From the NCBI GenBank assembly GCA_017940545.1, contig JAGAYI010000027.1, positions 584 to 64,583 of the forward strand: DNA of 64,000 bases. The letters run 5' to 3'. Position 1 is the first letter of the stretch; the number at the start of each line of letters is the position of its first letter. The notes under the pieces were generated by a model. That model made no database searches. It was not told where the DNA came from and worked only from the letters and a program-made list of their open reading frames with translations. This document shows, one piece after another, positions 1 to 10,005 of this stretch. The DNA is from Prevotella sp. GTDB lineage: Bacteria; Bacteroidota; Bacteroidia; Bacteroidales; Bacteroidaceae. A program made the position numbers and the translations under genes.

Positions 1-1213
1 GGTCAATGAGCTTGTTGATGGTGGTGCAGGCTTCGAACAGGTAGCTCAGCACGAGCGGTGTTGCAAAGTCGTCGTTCATGGCGTCGTAGCACTTCCGGCG
101 CAGCTCTTTCACCGTTTTGCCGGTCTCGGCGTCGCACTCGTTGCTGACGGGCACGCGCTTCAGGTCACTGAGTCCCTGCATGAGTTTCTGCAGTCCCTTT
201 TCGGAGGCTATGAGTGCTTCGTTGGAGAAATCGACGGTACCACGGTAGTGCGCCGAGAGTATGAAGAAGCGTATGGTCATGGGCGAGAAGGCTTGCGTGA
301 GCATGGGGTGGCTGCCGGTGAAGAACTGCTCGAGGGTGATGAAGTTGCCGAGCGACTTGCCCATCTTCTGTCCGTTGATGGTTATCATGTTGTTGTGCAT
401 CCAGTACTTCACGGCCTGATGTCCCATGGAGGCCACGGCCTGGGCTATTTCGCACTCGTGGTGTGGGAAGACGAGGTCCATGCCGCCGCCGTGAATGTCG
501 AACTGCTCGCCTAAGTACTTGCGGCCCATGGCTGTGCACTCACAGTGCCAGCCGGGGAAGCCGTCGCTCCAGGGCGACGGCCAGCGCATGATGTGTTCGG
601 GCTGTGCCTTCTTCCACAGGGCGAAGTCGGCCTGGTGGCGCTTCTCGCCTACGCCGGCCAGCGTGCGGCTCTCGTCCTTGATGTTCTCCAGGGAGCGTCC
701 TGAGAGTATGCCGTACTTGTGCTGCCTGTTGTAGGCCTCAATGTCGAAGTAGATGCTTCCGTTCGACTGGTAGGCGAAGCCGTTGTCGAGTATCTGCTGC
801 ACTAACTGCTGCTGCTCAATGATGTGGCCGGTGGCGTGTGGCTCAATGGAGGGTCGCAGCACGCCGAGAGCATCCATGGCCTGGTGGTAGCGGTTGGTGT
901 AGTGCTGGGCTATCTCCATGGGTTCCAGCTGTTCCAGTCGTGCCTTCTTCTCTATCTTGTCGTCACCCTCGTCGGCGTCGTGCTCCAGGTGGCCCACGTC
1001 GGTAATGTTGCGCACGTAGCGCACCTTGTAACCTAAGTGCCGGAGGTAGCGGAACACCACGTCGAACGTGATGGCGGGGCGTGCGTGGCCTAAATGTGGG
1101 TCGCCATAGACGGTGGGTCCGCAGACGTACATGCCCACACTGGGGGCGTGGAGGGGCTCGAAGCGCTCTTTCTGGCGCGTCAGGGTGTTATAAACTACAA
1201 GTCTTGATTCCAT
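1..1213 (-). CDS. cysS: Cysteine--tRNA ligase (5' part; gene runs off the window start)
   Basis: Absent from the ORF track. Manual translation from ATG at 1213 gives [20 protein letters not shown]...[18 protein letters not shown] (HIGH-like), and later [24 protein letters not shown] and KMGKS motifs. Confidence 0.97.
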   Translation of the reverse strand, partial: MESRLVVYNTLTRQKERFEPLHAPSVGMYVCGPTVYGDPHLGHARPAITFDVVFRYLRHLGYKVRYVRNITDVGHLEHDADEGDDKIEKKARLEQLEPMEIAQHYTNRYHQAMDALGVLRPSIEPHATGHIIEQQQLVQQILDNGFAYQSNGSIYFDIEAYNRQHKYGILSGRSLENIKDESRTLAGVGEKRHQADFALWKKAQPEHIMRWPSPWSDGFPGWHCECTAMGRKYLGEQFDIHGGGMDLVFPHHECEIAQAVASMGHQAVKYWMHNNMITINGQKMGKSLGNFITLEQFFTGSHPMLTQAFSPMTIRFFILSAHYRGTVDFSNEALIASEKGLQKLMQGLSDLKRVPVSNECDAETGKTVKELRRKCYDAMNDDFATPLVLSYLFEACTTINKLID

Positions 1214-1234
1214 GTTTCTAATGATTTTTGCGTG

Positions 1235-1293
1235 CAAAATTACAAAAAACTTTCTACATACAACGCTTGACTCTTATTTTTTTCGTACCTTTG
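1235..1293. promoter_or_regulatory. Divergent Bacteroidetes sigma-A -7 boxes (cysS / PaaI gene)
   Basis: TAATTTTG on minus at 1235-1242 and TACCTTTG on plus at 1286-1293 match the TAnnTTTG consensus. Confidence 0.8.
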
Positions 1294-1321
1294 CACGAAA
1301 TTGTGAAAATAAAAGAACGAC

Positions 1322-1738
1322 ATGACACTAAAAGACTTACTGAACCGGAACGACCGCTTTGCCGCAGCTAACGGCATACAACTGACGGAGATACGCGAGG
1401 GTTACGCCCGTGCAGAAATGACGGTGAGCAGGAACCACCTGAATGGGGGCAACGTGTGCCAGGGGGGTGCGCTGTTCACGCTGGCCGACCTGGCCTTCGC
1501 GGCGGTCACCAACAGCCACGGACAGCTCAGCTTCGGCATACAGAGCAGCATCACCTTCTCGCGCTCGGCCATGGAGGGCGACGTGCTGCGTGCCGAGGCT
1601 ACGGAAACCATTAACCACCACAAGATTCCATACTGCGAGGTGAAAATCAGCAACCAACGGGGGGAGCTGATTGCCGTCTTCACGGGCATGGCCTACCGAA
1701 AGTCGGACAGGAAAATGGAGGTGGAGGGGCTGATGTAA
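1322..1738 (+). CDS. PaaI family (hotdog fold) thioesterase
   Basis: HLNGGNVCQGGALFTLAD motif; 138 aa. Confidence 0.9.
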   Translation: MTLKDLLNRNDRFAAANGIQLTEIREGYARAEMTVSRNHLNGGNVCQGGALFTLADLAFAAVTNSHGQLSFGIQSSITFSRSAMEGDVLRAEATETINHHKIPYCEVKISNQRGELIAVFTGMAYRKSDRKMEVEGLM

Positions 1739-1792
1739 AAAACAACAGGAAGGTACTTTCGTTCTTTGACCTGAAGGGGCAAAGCGGCAGAG

Positions 1793-1858
1793 CCGAGCGC
1801 GAAAACAAAAAAAATAGTCGTTTTCTTTTGGTGTTTTGCTCACTTATTCGTACCTTTG
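1793..1858 (+). repeat. Stem-loop element ending in a sigma-A -7 box (TACCTTTG, 1851-1858) upstream of tRNA-Val/trpS
   Basis: Imperfect inverted repeat GAGC..AAAAC.AAAA / TTTTC.TTTTGG.GTTTTGCTC followed by ACTTATTCGTACCTTTG. A similar element lies at 63679-63743. Confidence 0.6.
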
Positions 1859-1874
1859 CAGCCGTTAACAAAAC

Positions 1875-1949
1875 AGGGGCGTAGCTCAGCTGGTTTAGAG
1901 CGCTTCAGTCACATTGAAGAGGTCATCGGTTCGAACCCGATCGTCCCTA
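1875..1949 (+). tRNA. tRNA-Val(CAC)
   Basis: Cloverleaf: acceptor AGGGGCG/CGTCCCT, D arm GCTC/GAGC, anticodon stem CTTCA/TGAAG with CAC at 1910-1912, T arm ATCGG-TTCGAAC-CCGAT, discriminator A. CCA is not encoded. Confidence 0.93.
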
Positions 1950-2010
1950 CCTGCTAAAGTTTTTCAAGTTTTACTTTCAGGACACAGATTGATAAAAATA
2001 AAAAACAACA

Positions 2011-3096
2011 ATGGGAAAAGTTATTTTGACCGGTGACCGCCCCACCGGGAAACTGCATCTGGGACACTACGTGGGTTCCCTGCGTCGCCGTGTGCAGTTG
2101 CAGAATGCGGGTGACTACGACAGGATGTTTGTCTTCATGGCCGACGTTCAGGCCCTGACGGACAATGCCGACAACCCGGAGAAAATACGTCAGAACATCA
2201 TAGAGGTGGCCCTCGACTACCTGGCTGCCGGACTCGACCCGGAGCGTTGCACGCTCTTCATTCAGAGCCAGATTCCGGAGCTGGCCGAGTTGACGACGTA
2301 CCTGATGAACCTCATCACCGTGAGCCGCGTACAGCGCAACCCGACGGTGAAGACGGAAATCAAGATGCGTAACTTCGAGGCGAACATCCCGCTGGGATTC
2401 TTCTGCTACCCCGTGAGCCAGGCTGCCGACATCACGCTGTTCAAGGCTACCACGGTGCCTGCCGGTGAGGACCAGGAGCCCATGCTCGAGGTGACACGCG
2501 AGCTGGTGCGCCGCTTCAACCAGACATACGCCGAGGTGCTGGTGGAGCCGGACATCCTGCTACCCGAGAACCTGACGGCACGCCGACTGCCGGGAACGGA
2601 CGGCAAGGAGAAGATGTCGAAGTCGCTGGGCAACTGCATCTACCTCTCGGACGACAAGGACACCGTGTGGCAGAAGGTGCGCTCGATGTACACCGACCCC
2701 GAGCACGTCAACCTGAACGACCCGGGCCACGTGGAGGGCAATGCCGTGTTTACCTACTTGGATGCTTTCTCTACCGACGAGGACTTCAAGAACTTCTGGC
2801 CGGAGTACCAGAACCTGGACGAGCTGAAGGACCACTACCGCCGTGGTGGACTGGGCGACATGAAGTGCAAGAAATTCCTGAACGAGGTGCTCAACCAGTT
2901 CCTGGAGCCCATGCGCCAGCGCCGCCATGAGTTTGAGCAGGACATTCCCGAGATTTACAACATCCTGAAGAAGGGAACGGAGCAGGCCCGCGAGACGGGT
3001 GCCCGGACGATGGACGAGGTGCGCAAGGCCATGCAGATAGACTACTTCAACGACACCGCCCTGATACAGGAACAGGCAGAACGATTCAGAAAATAA
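2011..3096 (+). CDS. trpS: Tryptophan--tRNA ligase
   Basis: [26 protein letters not shown] and KMSKS motifs. Confidence 0.97.
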   Translation: MGKVILTGDRPTGKLHLGHYVGSLRRRVQLQNAGDYDRMFVFMADVQALTDNADNPEKIRQNIIEVALDYLAAGLDPERCTLFIQSQIPELAELTTYLMNLITVSRVQRNPTVKTEIKMRNFEANIPLGFFCYPVSQAADITLFKATTVPAGEDQEPMLEVTRELVRRFNQTYAEVLVEPDILLPENLTARRLPGTDGKEKMSKSLGNCIYLSDDKDTVWQKVRSMYTDPEHVNLNDPGHVEGNAVFTYLDAFSTDEDFKNFWPEYQNLDELKDHYRRGGLGDMKCKKFLNEVLNQFLEPMRQRRHEFEQDIPEIYNILKKGTEQARETGARTMDEVRKAMQIDYFNDTALIQEQAERFRK

Positions 3097-3107
3097 CATT
3101 AAACATT

Positions 3108-4613
3108 ATGAGTTATACACGTATGACTGCTGCAGAGGCTGCAGCGCTGATTAAGAATGGCGACCACATCGCCATGAGTGGTTTCACACCGGCCGGTGTG
3201 GCCAAGGCAACAACGAAGGAGCTGGCCAAGATTGCCATTGCTGAGCATGAGGCCGGCCGCGAGTTCAAGGTGGCTATCTTCACGGGTGCATCTACCGGTC
3301 AGAGTACCGATGGTGACCTGGCTAACGCACAGGCTATCCTCTATCGTGCACCCTACACCACGAATCCTGATTTCCGCAAGCACGTGAATCTGGGTGAGAT
3401 TCCCTACAACGACCTGCACCTGAGCCACATGGCACAGGAGCTGCGCTACGGTTTCTATGGCGATGTTGACTGGGCCATCCTCGAGGTCTGCGACATTGAG
3501 GACTGCGGTAACGACTATCACGTGTTCCTGACGGCTGCCGGCGGCATCAGCCCCACGGCTGCCCGACTGGCCAAGCACGTCATTCTGGAGCTTAATTCAT
3601 TCCATAACCCCAACGCCAAGTTCATCCATGACGTGTATGAGCCGCTGGACCCTCCCTACCGCAAGGCTATACCCATTGAGCATGTGGGCGACCGCATCGG
3701 TAAGCCGTACGTCAGCATACCCAAGGAGAAGGTGGCGGGTGTCGTGGAGTGTAACATCCCCGACGAGGCACGCGCCTTCAAGGACAGTGACCCCGTGACC
3801 GACAAGATTGGTTTCCTGACGGCTGAGTTCCTTGTTGAGGAGATGCACAAGGGACGCATACCGCGTGAGTTCCTGCCCCTGCAGAGCGGCGTAGGCTCGA
3901 CAGCAAATGCCATCCTGGGTGCCCTGGGTGAGGACAAGCACGTGCCCGACTTCAACATCTACACGGAGGTGATTCAGAACTCCGTCATTGAGATGATGCT
4001 CAACGGCCGCGTGAAGGATGCCTCTGCCTGCTCGCTGACCGTGTCGAACGAGTGCCTGATGCAGGTGTATGACAACATGGACTACATGAAGCAGCACCTG
4101 ACGCTGCGCCAGAGTGAAATCTCGAACTCACCGGAGATTATACGCCGACTGGGTGTCATTGCCATCAACACGGCTATTGAGGCCGACCTCTACGGCAACG
4201 TGAACTCTACCCACATCAGCGGTACGAAGATGATGAACGGCATTGGCGGTTCGGGCGACTTCATACGCAATGCCTACCTCAGCATCTTTACCTGCCCGTC
4301 GGTGGCAAAGGGTGGCGTTATCTCCAGCATCGTGCCCTTCGTCAGCCACCAGGACTCCAGCGAGCACGACGTGAACATCATCGTCACCGAACAGGGTATT
4401 GCCGACCTGCGCGGCAAGAGCCCCGCACAGCGTGCTGAGTGCATCATTGAGAACTGCGCTCACCCCGACTACAAGCAGCTGCTGTGGGACTACCTGAAGA
4501 TTTCGAAGATGGGACAGACGCGCCACAACCTGACAGCCGCCTTCGCCATGCACGACACACTGGCTCGCAAGGGCGACATGAAACTGACCGACTTTGCAGA
4601 ATATGTAAAGTAA
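3108..4613 (+). CDS. Acetyl-CoA hydrolase / succinate CoA-transferase family protein
   Basis: SGFTPAG, PLQSGVG, YTEVIQ, MMNGIGGSGDF and IVTEQG motifs. Confidence 0.92.
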   Translation: MSYTRMTAAEAAALIKNGDHIAMSGFTPAGVAKATTKELAKIAIAEHEAGREFKVAIFTGASTGQSTDGDLANAQAILYRAPYTTNPDFRKHVNLGEIPYNDLHLSHMAQELRYGFYGDVDWAILEVCDIEDCGNDYHVFLTAAGGISPTAARLAKHVILELNSFHNPNAKFIHDVYEPLDPPYRKAIPIEHVGDRIGKPYVSIPKEKVAGVVECNIPDEARAFKDSDPVTDKIGFLTAEFLVEEMHKGRIPREFLPLQSGVGSTANAILGALGEDKHVPDFNIYTEVIQNSVIEMMLNGRVKDASACSLTVSNECLMQVYDNMDYMKQHLTLRQSEISNSPEIIRRLGVIAINTAIEADLYGNVNSTHISGTKMMNGIGGSGDFIRNAYLSIFTCPSVAKGGVISSIVPFVSHQDSSEHDVNIIVTEQGIADLRGKSPAQRAECIIENCAHPDYKQLLWDYLKISKMGQTRHNLTAAFAMHDTLARKGDMKLTDFAEYVK

Positions 4614-4652
4614 AAACGTTCGACTTTCTGAAGTCAGGAAGTTAAAAGAATA

Positions 4653-4688
4653 AAGGGGAGTTCTTTGCGCACGCAAAGAACTCCCCTT
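4653..4688. terminator. Bidirectional intrinsic terminator hairpin
   Basis: Perfect inverted repeat AAGGGGAGTTCTTTGCG / CGCAAAGAACTCCCCTT between convergent genes. Confidence 0.8.
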
Positions 4689-4701
4689 AACTTTCCGGAA
4701 A

Positions 4702-5355
4702 TCACTCCAAATAATCCCTCAGCACATCCCACACGGCAATGATGTGGCAGAGGCTGCCTGCCAGCACGAAGAAGTGGAACACGGTGTGCATAAAACGCTT
4801 CTTGTTGATACTGTAAAAGACAGCACCCGTAATGTAGCACACGCCCTCGGCAATAATCCAGATAACGGCAGCCGTGCTCACCGCGTTGAGCAACGGCTTG
4901 AAAGCCACGAGCACACTGAGCCCCATGCCCACAAAACAAAACGTTTCAACGTTGGAATGCTGCTTCAGACGAATGAAGCTGATAGTGGTTCCGGCAATGG
5001 CACACAGCCATACAAACGAGAAAAGACCCCAACCCCAGTAGCCTTGGTCGCGAAGCGCCGTCAGCGTCAGAGGCGAATAGGAACCGGCAATGTGCCAGTA
5101 GATGGCAGCATGGTCCCACCGGCGAAAACGCTCACGCCACTTGGAACGCTGGCTGACGGCATGATAGACCGTCGAGGCAATATAAGAACCCAGCATGCCG
5201 AAGAGATAGAGCGACACGCCCAGACGCGCCCAGCCATTATCACCCCGAAAGCAAATGACAAGGAAAACAATGCCGAACACTACGCCTAACACGATGCCGC
5301 CGGCATGCGACCATGAGTTCCAGTACTCTTCCTTCTTGGAATAATGTATGCCCAT
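4702..5355 (-). CDS. Hemolysin III (HlyIII/PAQR) family membrane protein
   Basis: EEYWNSWSH, STVYH, WDHAAIY.IAGSYSP and HTVFHFFVLAGS motifs; about 7 TM segments. Confidence 0.93.
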   Translation of the reverse strand: MGIHYSKKEEYWNSWSHAGGIVLGVVFGIVFLVICFRGDNGWARLGVSLYLFGMLGSYIASTVYHAVSQRSKWRERFRRWDHAAIYWHIAGSYSPLTLTALRDQGYWGWGLFSFVWLCAIAGTTISFIRLKQHSNVETFCFVGMGLSVLVAFKPLLNAVSTAAVIWIIAEGVCYITGAVFYSINKKRFMHTVFHFFVLAGSLCHIIAVWDVLRDYLE

Positions 5356-5420
5356 ACGCTTTCCTTATAAACGAAAAGATACGAAAACCACATGTGTTCC
5401 CGTATCTCTACAATGACGTG

Positions 5421-5494
5421 TGGACCAGCCAGGGCTTGAACCTGGGACCTCCAGATTATGAGTCTGTTGCTCTAACCAACTGAGCTACAAGTCC
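5421..5494 (-). tRNA. tRNA with CAT anticodon, most likely lysidine-modified tRNA-Ile2
   Basis: Reverse complement is GGACTTGTAGCTCAGTTGGTTAGAGCAACAGACTCATAATCTGGAGGTCCCAGGTTCAAGCCCTGGCTGGTCCA. It lacks the initiator GGG/CCC anticodon stem and has an Ile2-like GACTCATAATC arm. Promoter TACCTTTG at 5508-5515 (minus). Confidence 0.88.
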
Positions 5495-5574
5495 GGTTTT
5501 GCGGATGCAAAGGTAGTAAATATTTATGAATTATGAATTATAAATTATATTTTTTTTGTAATTTTGCCGCACAA

Positions 5575-6570
5575 ATGAAGATTATATACCTAAAAGAGCC
5601 GTTTTTGGAGCCCACACCATGTGTTGCCACCATCGGAATGTTCGATGGCGTACACCAGGGACATCGCTTTGTCATTGACCGTCTGAAGCAGGAAGCAAAG
5701 CAATGCCGGCTGCCAGCGTGCGTGGTAACCTTCGACCGACACCCCCGGCAAGTTCTGCAGCCTGACTGGCAGCCCCAGCTGCTCAGTACGCTTGACGAAA
5801 AGCTCCTGCTGCTCTCACTGACCGGCATCGACCAGTGCGTCGTACTGACGTTTACCAAGGAAATGGCCCACCTGCCAGCCTACGACTTCATGCAACAGGT
5901 TTTAAAGAAACAAATTGGAGTGAAAACGCTGCTGACAGGCTACGACAACCATTTCGGGCACCGCACGCCGGGGCAGCAGACGGGGTTTGATGACTACCTA
6001 CGCTACGGAAAGGAGCTGGGAATAGAAGTGAAGAGCCTGCCCCCCACCCCAGCGCAACCCGGCAGCAACGACCATTTACTGAAGAAGAATCATGAAGACA
6101 GACAGGTTACCAATTCCTCACTCATTCGCCGGCTGCTTACTGAAGGACGCATAGAAGAGGCCAACGACTGTCTGGGGCATCCCTATACCGTCACGGGAAC
6201 GGTGGTCAGCGGTCAGCATATTGGCACAGAAATTGGCTTCCCTACTGCCAACCTACAGCCTGACGACCCGTGTAAACTGATTCCCGCAAACGGTGTATAT
6301 GCAGTAAAGGTCAGACTGGAGAGCTCGTTGGAGCAGAAACATGCCATGACCAACATTGGACACCGCCCGACCTTCAACGGCCAACAAACCACCCTGGAAA
6401 CACACATCCTGCACCATGAGGGCAAACTCTACGGACAAAGCATGACTGTCAGCTTCATTCACCGGCTGCGCGACGAACAACGCTTCGACACTCCTGAAGA
6501 ACTGGTTGAGCAGCTACGGCAGGATGCTCAAAATGCAGAAGAACGACTGAACCAAGACATCAAAGCATGA
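5575..6570 (+). CDS. ribF: Bifunctional riboflavin kinase / FAD synthetase
   Basis: TIGMFDGVHQGH, GFPTAN, NIGHRPTF and LETH motifs. Start placed at 5575, downstream of the TAATTTTG box at 5559-5566. Confidence 0.95.
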   Translation: MKIIYLKEPFLEPTPCVATIGMFDGVHQGHRFVIDRLKQEAKQCRLPACVVTFDRHPRQVLQPDWQPQLLSTLDEKLLLLSLTGIDQCVVLTFTKEMAHLPAYDFMQQVLKKQIGVKTLLTGYDNHFGHRTPGQQTGFDDYLRYGKELGIEVKSLPPTPAQPGSNDHLLKKNHEDRQVTNSSLIRRLLTEGRIEEANDCLGHPYTVTGTVVSGQHIGTEIGFPTANLQPDDPCKLIPANGVYAVKVRLESSLEQKHAMTNIGHRPTFNGQQTTLETHILHHEGKLYGQSMTVSFIHRLRDEQRFDTPEELVEQLRQDAQNAEERLNQDIKA

Positions 6571-7418
6571 AATACGTAAAAACCATCATTGAAACAATAC
6601 TCTACGTGATTGCATTTCTGGTCATCCAGATGTTCGTGACCTTTATCGTCGTCGGCATACAGTATTTTAAAAGCGGTAGCCAACTGAGCGAACTGGCAGA
6701 ACAAGCTGCGAATGGTGCCATGACACCCAGTGCCACCAGCTTCGTCATCATCTCCATTGCCAGTAGTGTGTTGACACTGGCGCTCTTCTTGCTGCTGCAC
6801 TGGACGCCGGCAAACGGAGCATATCTGCGCAGTCGTCCGTGGACGGCGATGGCATGGGTGGCCATCCTCGCGCTCGGAACCATTATTCCCTCCACATGGT
6901 TAGGAGAAAAAATACCCTACGAGATGCCGGAAGAAATGGAGATTCTGCTAACCGATATGATGCGTAATCGCTGGGGTTACCTGTCAGTAGGCATACTGGT
7001 GCCACTGGCTGAGGAGGCCGTCTTCCGCGGAGCCATTCTGCGTGTGCTGCTCAATCTGGGAAAGGACAAGGAACAGGGAGCAGGTCTCTGGACGTGTGGG
7101 GCCATTGTCGTCTCGGCCTTCATCTTCGGGGCCGTTCACGGCAACGTGCAGCAATTCGTGCACGCCACGCTCATTGGCCTTGTTATCGGTTGGATGTACT
7201 ATCGTACAGGCAGCATTATTCCCGGCATTGTTTTCCACTGGGTTAACAATTCGGCCGCCTATGTGATTACCAACCTCATACCAACCGCCAATGATGCCAA
7301 ACTCGTTGATATCTTCGGCGGCGACCAGCGTGCCGTCTATATGGCGCTCGGGTTCTCCTGCTGTCTCATTTTCCCGGCCCTATTCCAGCTCTATCTACGG
7401 CTAAGGAAGGCTGAGTGA
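6567..7418 (+). CDS. CPBP (CAAX/Abi) family intramembrane metalloprotease
   Basis: EEAVFRG, FGAVH and HWVNN motifs; ATGA overlap with ribF. Confidence 0.92.
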   Translation: MKYVKTIIETILYVIAFLVIQMFVTFIVVGIQYFKSGSQLSELAEQAANGAMTPSATSFVIISIASSVLTLALFLLLHWTPANGAYLRSRPWTAMAWVAILALGTIIPSTWLGEKIPYEMPEEMEILLTDMMRNRWGYLSVGILVPLAEEAVFRGAILRVLLNLGKDKEQGAGLWTCGAIVVSAFIFGAVHGNVQQFVHATLIGLVIGWMYYRTGSIIPGIVFHWVNNSAAYVITNLIPTANDAKLVDIFGGDQRAVYMALGFSCCLIFPALFQLYLRLRKAE

Positions 7419-7463
7419 GAACCCTGTACTTCTCTCATAAGAGTCAACCCATAAAAAACGAAG

Positions 7464-7493
7464 AGGCCGCTTCCGACGTTTCGGAAGCGGCCT
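7464..7493 (-). terminator. Intrinsic terminator
   Basis: AGGCCGCTTCCGA-CGTT-TCGGAAGCGGCCT with a T tract on the minus strand. Confidence 0.85.
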
Positions 7494-7604
7494 TACTTCT
7501 ACGTTAGTATGTTATGAAAAATTTGAGAGAATTGAAACTTCACAGTTTCTTTTGTGTTTTACTAAACATGATTAATATAGAGAAAGCATAGAAATTTTCT
7601 TTTT

Positions 7605-8111
7605 TCAAGTGTTGGAAGCGTGCTGTCCAAACATCTGCATCAGCATTTCAATAAACTCTTCGTCAATGTCGCCTGTCAGGTTGATGAGCACGAAACCGTT
7701 TTTCTCGGGAGCCTTGCCCAGCATAACCATCTCCACCTTCCGGCCGCTACGCTGCTCGCGACTGTAAAAAACCCCTTCAAGCCGTTCCGTACGGAAGTCC
7801 TTGAGATGCTTAAATCGCCGTGCATTCTTTTTCAGCAGGGCCTCAGCACGCTCATAGTAATGGGCACCGTTCTGCTTGGCCTGAAGAATCCGGGCACTGC
7901 GCAGTTTGGCTATGGCCTGCAGGAGTGTGTCGTTGCGGTTTTTACCGCCCATGGCTACCAGCTGTTCCATCATCTTTGGACTGATGGTAATACACTCCAC
8001 GGTGTCGGCACTGCACTGCTGCATGAAACGCGAGGCGAAGTCTTGTCCCCGCTGTGCCATGACACCCATAACGGTCATGAATAAAATCAATAAGCAAAGA
8101 ACGCGTTTCAT
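7605..8111 (-). CDS. DUF4252 family exported protein
   Basis: Signal peptide, ITISPKMM and LINLTGDID motifs; third gene of the ECF sigma operon. Confidence 0.75.
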   Translation of the reverse strand: MKRVLCLLILFMTVMGVMAQRGQDFASRFMQQCSADTVECITISPKMMEQLVAMGGKNRNDTLLQAIAKLRSARILQAKQNGAHYYERAEALLKKNARRFKHLKDFRTERLEGVFYSREQRSGRKVEMVMLGKAPEKNGFVLINLTGDIDEEFIEMLMQMFGQHASNT

Positions 8112-8611
8112 TCTATGATGGTTGAATCCTTCAGTATCACGTCTGACGGCTTGGCATTAAAGCTTTCGCCGACGAGTTGCAATGCACTCTCCACCTTGTC
8201 GTAAGCTACTGAGGGGTCTTCATAAGTGTCTTTATAGTTGGCATAATTAATCTCATCTTCAGCACGATCCTCGCCCAAGGAGAACTGGGCAGCCTGTCCC
8301 AAAGACAAGAAGACAGCTACTACAGCTGCTGCCTTAAACAGCGGCATAAGGCGCTGGCTCAGACTAATTTGACGAGCCTTGACGATGGTCTGCGGCTGGC
8401 CTTCTACCATTTTCAGAATACGGTTATCAAAGTCCTCGCCCAATACAGTCTGCTGCTCTTCCTGCCGGAAGACGAACAAGTCGCGATATTTCTCCATGCC
8501 GGAAGGTATCTCCTTCTGGCTGAAGAACGACTGCAGAATGCTCTCTTCCTCCAGGGAAGTTTCTGCTGCAAAGTAGCGGTCTAAGAGTTGTTCGATGTAC
8601 CTATAGTCCAT
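8108..8611 (-). CDS. Putative anti-sigma factor (single TM)
   Basis: IEQLLDRYFAAETSLEEE N-terminus and one TM segment; overlaps the ECF sigma gene. Confidence 0.7.
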   Translation of the reverse strand: MDYRYIEQLLDRYFAAETSLEEESILQSFFSQKEIPSGMEKYRDLFVFRQEEQQTVLGEDFDNRILKMVEGQPQTIVKARQISLSQRLMPLFKAAAVVAVFLSLGQAAQFSLGEDRAEDEINYANYKDTYEDPSVAYDKVESALQLVGESFNAKPSDVILKDSTIIE

Positions 8612-9119
8612 ATTCTTGTATTCCTATGTATCGTTGTTTAATAACTTGGCGAGCCCGGAAGATGTTAACCTTCACCTGTTCCTCGCTAATGCTGAGGGCT
8701 GCGGCTATTTCCTTGTAGCTTTTCCCCTCAATGTCGCGGAGTTGCATGATGCTTCGCTGTTTTTCCGGCAGGCTGTTGATGAGACGTCTGACAAGCTCTA
8801 TTCGGTCTCGCTGTACGGTCTGCTCTTCTGGGTTGGAGGCATAGCTCACGTCAGCGGTCTCATGGTCAGCAGCATCAAGTGTCAGGTTCTGGCGTTCATG
8901 CTGCCGTGTCTTGTCAACAGCAAGATTCCTGCACACCGTCAGGCAGAAGGCTTCTATAGAGTCTAACCGTCCCCAGTCGTCACGCCGGTTCCAGACTTTT
9001 ATCATTGTCTCCTGTACCACATCCTCCGCCTCCTCACGATTGAGCGTTATGCGAAGTGCCAACCGGAAGAGCTCGTTCTTCAGCGGCAATATGTCGTTAC
9101 GGAAACTGATATTTTTCAT
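8601..9119 (-). CDS. ECF RNA polymerase sigma-70 factor
   Basis: AEDVVQETMIKVW (region 2) and LPEKQR..LRDIEGKSYKEIA..VKVNIFRAR (region 4). Confidence 0.95.
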   Translation of the reverse strand: MKNISFRNDILPLKNELFRLALRITLNREEAEDVVQETMIKVWNRRDDWGRLDSIEAFCLTVCRNLAVDKTRQHERQNLTLDAADHETADVSYASNPEEQTVQRDRIELVRRLINSLPEKQRSIMQLRDIEGKSYKEIAAALSISEEQVKVNIFRARQVIKQRYIGIQEYGL

Positions 9120-9135
9120 CCTCTCCTATTTAAAT

Positions 9136-9161
9136 GACGATTCAAAGAAGGAATAGTTACA
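9136..9161 (-). promoter_or_regulatory. Putative ECF-sigma autoregulatory promoter (TGTAAC-N16-CGTC)
   Basis: Minus strand reads TGTAAC tattccttctttgaat CGTC just upstream of the sigma gene, the classic AAC/CGT ECF pattern. Confidence 0.65.
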
Positions 9162-9183
9162 AAAAGTTCTTTTTTTTATTTAA

Positions 9184-9960
9184 TTATTTTTCAATCACCG
9201 TTCCGTGCATCCCGTCAATGGCTGTAGCCAGAGTGATGATAACGCGACTGACGCCGGCATCAACTGCAGCCAGGGCGTTCTCTATCTTGGGCAGCATGCC
9301 ACCACTGATGGTGCCGTCTGCCTTGTAACGTTCATAGTCTGCATGGGTAATGACAGGTATCACGCTCTCATCGTCGTCAGCATTGAGCAGTACACCCTTC
9401 TTTTCAAACGAAAAAATCAGTGTTACGTCATATCGTCCTGCCAATGCCTTAGCCGTCTCTGAAGCCATGGTATCTGCATTGGTGTTCAGAATGTGCCCCA
9501 TGCCGTCGTGGGTCAGCGGTGCAACGACCGGCGTAATGCCCGCCTCAATCAGTCTGCTGAGCTGTTCACCATCTGCCTTGTCAACGTCACCTACGAAACC
9601 ATAGTCAATACCATCCTTCAGTGGACGCTTGTGTGAACGGATGACATCACCGTCTGCTCCTGTCAGACCAATGGCATTGACGCCTATTGCCTGAAGACGG
9701 GCCACCACCTGCTTGTTGACCAGACCGCCATAAACCATCGTCACTACTTCGAGCATTTGCTCGTCGGTAATGCGACGACCGCCTACCATGTGTGTCTCGA
9801 CACCCAGGCGTTCTGCCATCTTCGTGGCACGGCGACCGCCACCATGCACCAACAGTTTCCGCCCTTCAATGGCACTGAAATCCTTTAATAACTGAGAGAG
9901 CTGCAGTTCGTCCTCGACCACAGCTCCTCCTACCTTTACAATTGTCAGTTGTTCCCTCAT
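9184..9960 (-). CDS. argB: Acetylglutamate kinase
   Basis: IVKVGG, LVHGGG, GRRITD, LNTNAD and ISGGMLPK motifs. Confidence 0.95.
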   Translation of the reverse strand: MREQLTIVKVGGAVVEDELQLSQLLKDFSAIEGRKLLVHGGGRRATKMAERLGVETHMVGGRRITDEQMLEVVTMVYGGLVNKQVVARLQAIGVNAIGLTGADGDVIRSHKRPLKDGIDYGFVGDVDKADGEQLSRLIEAGITPVVAPLTHDGMGHILNTNADTMASETAKALAGRYDVTLIFSFEKKGVLLNADDDESVIPVITHADYERYKADGTISGGMLPKIENALAAVDAGVSRVIITLATAIDGMHGTVIEK

Positions 9961-10005
9961 TCCGTTTCTTGTATATTTTACTTTGTTGTCTGCTGCCCTG
10001 CGGCA

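Noticed and set aside
165-1036. Short ORFs listed in the track over the first 1 kb
   Set aside because: They are alternative-frame or antisense shadows of cysS, which the track missed because it runs off the window edge.
1875-5494. Genomic island integrated at either tRNA
   Set aside because: No integrase is present, no duplicated tRNA 3' end was seen, and the flanking genes are housekeeping.
5421-5494. tRNA-Met or initiator call
   Set aside because: It lacks the C1:A72 mismatch and the three G-C pairs of initiator tRNA, and the anticodon arm resembles Ile2. Elongator Met is not fully excluded.
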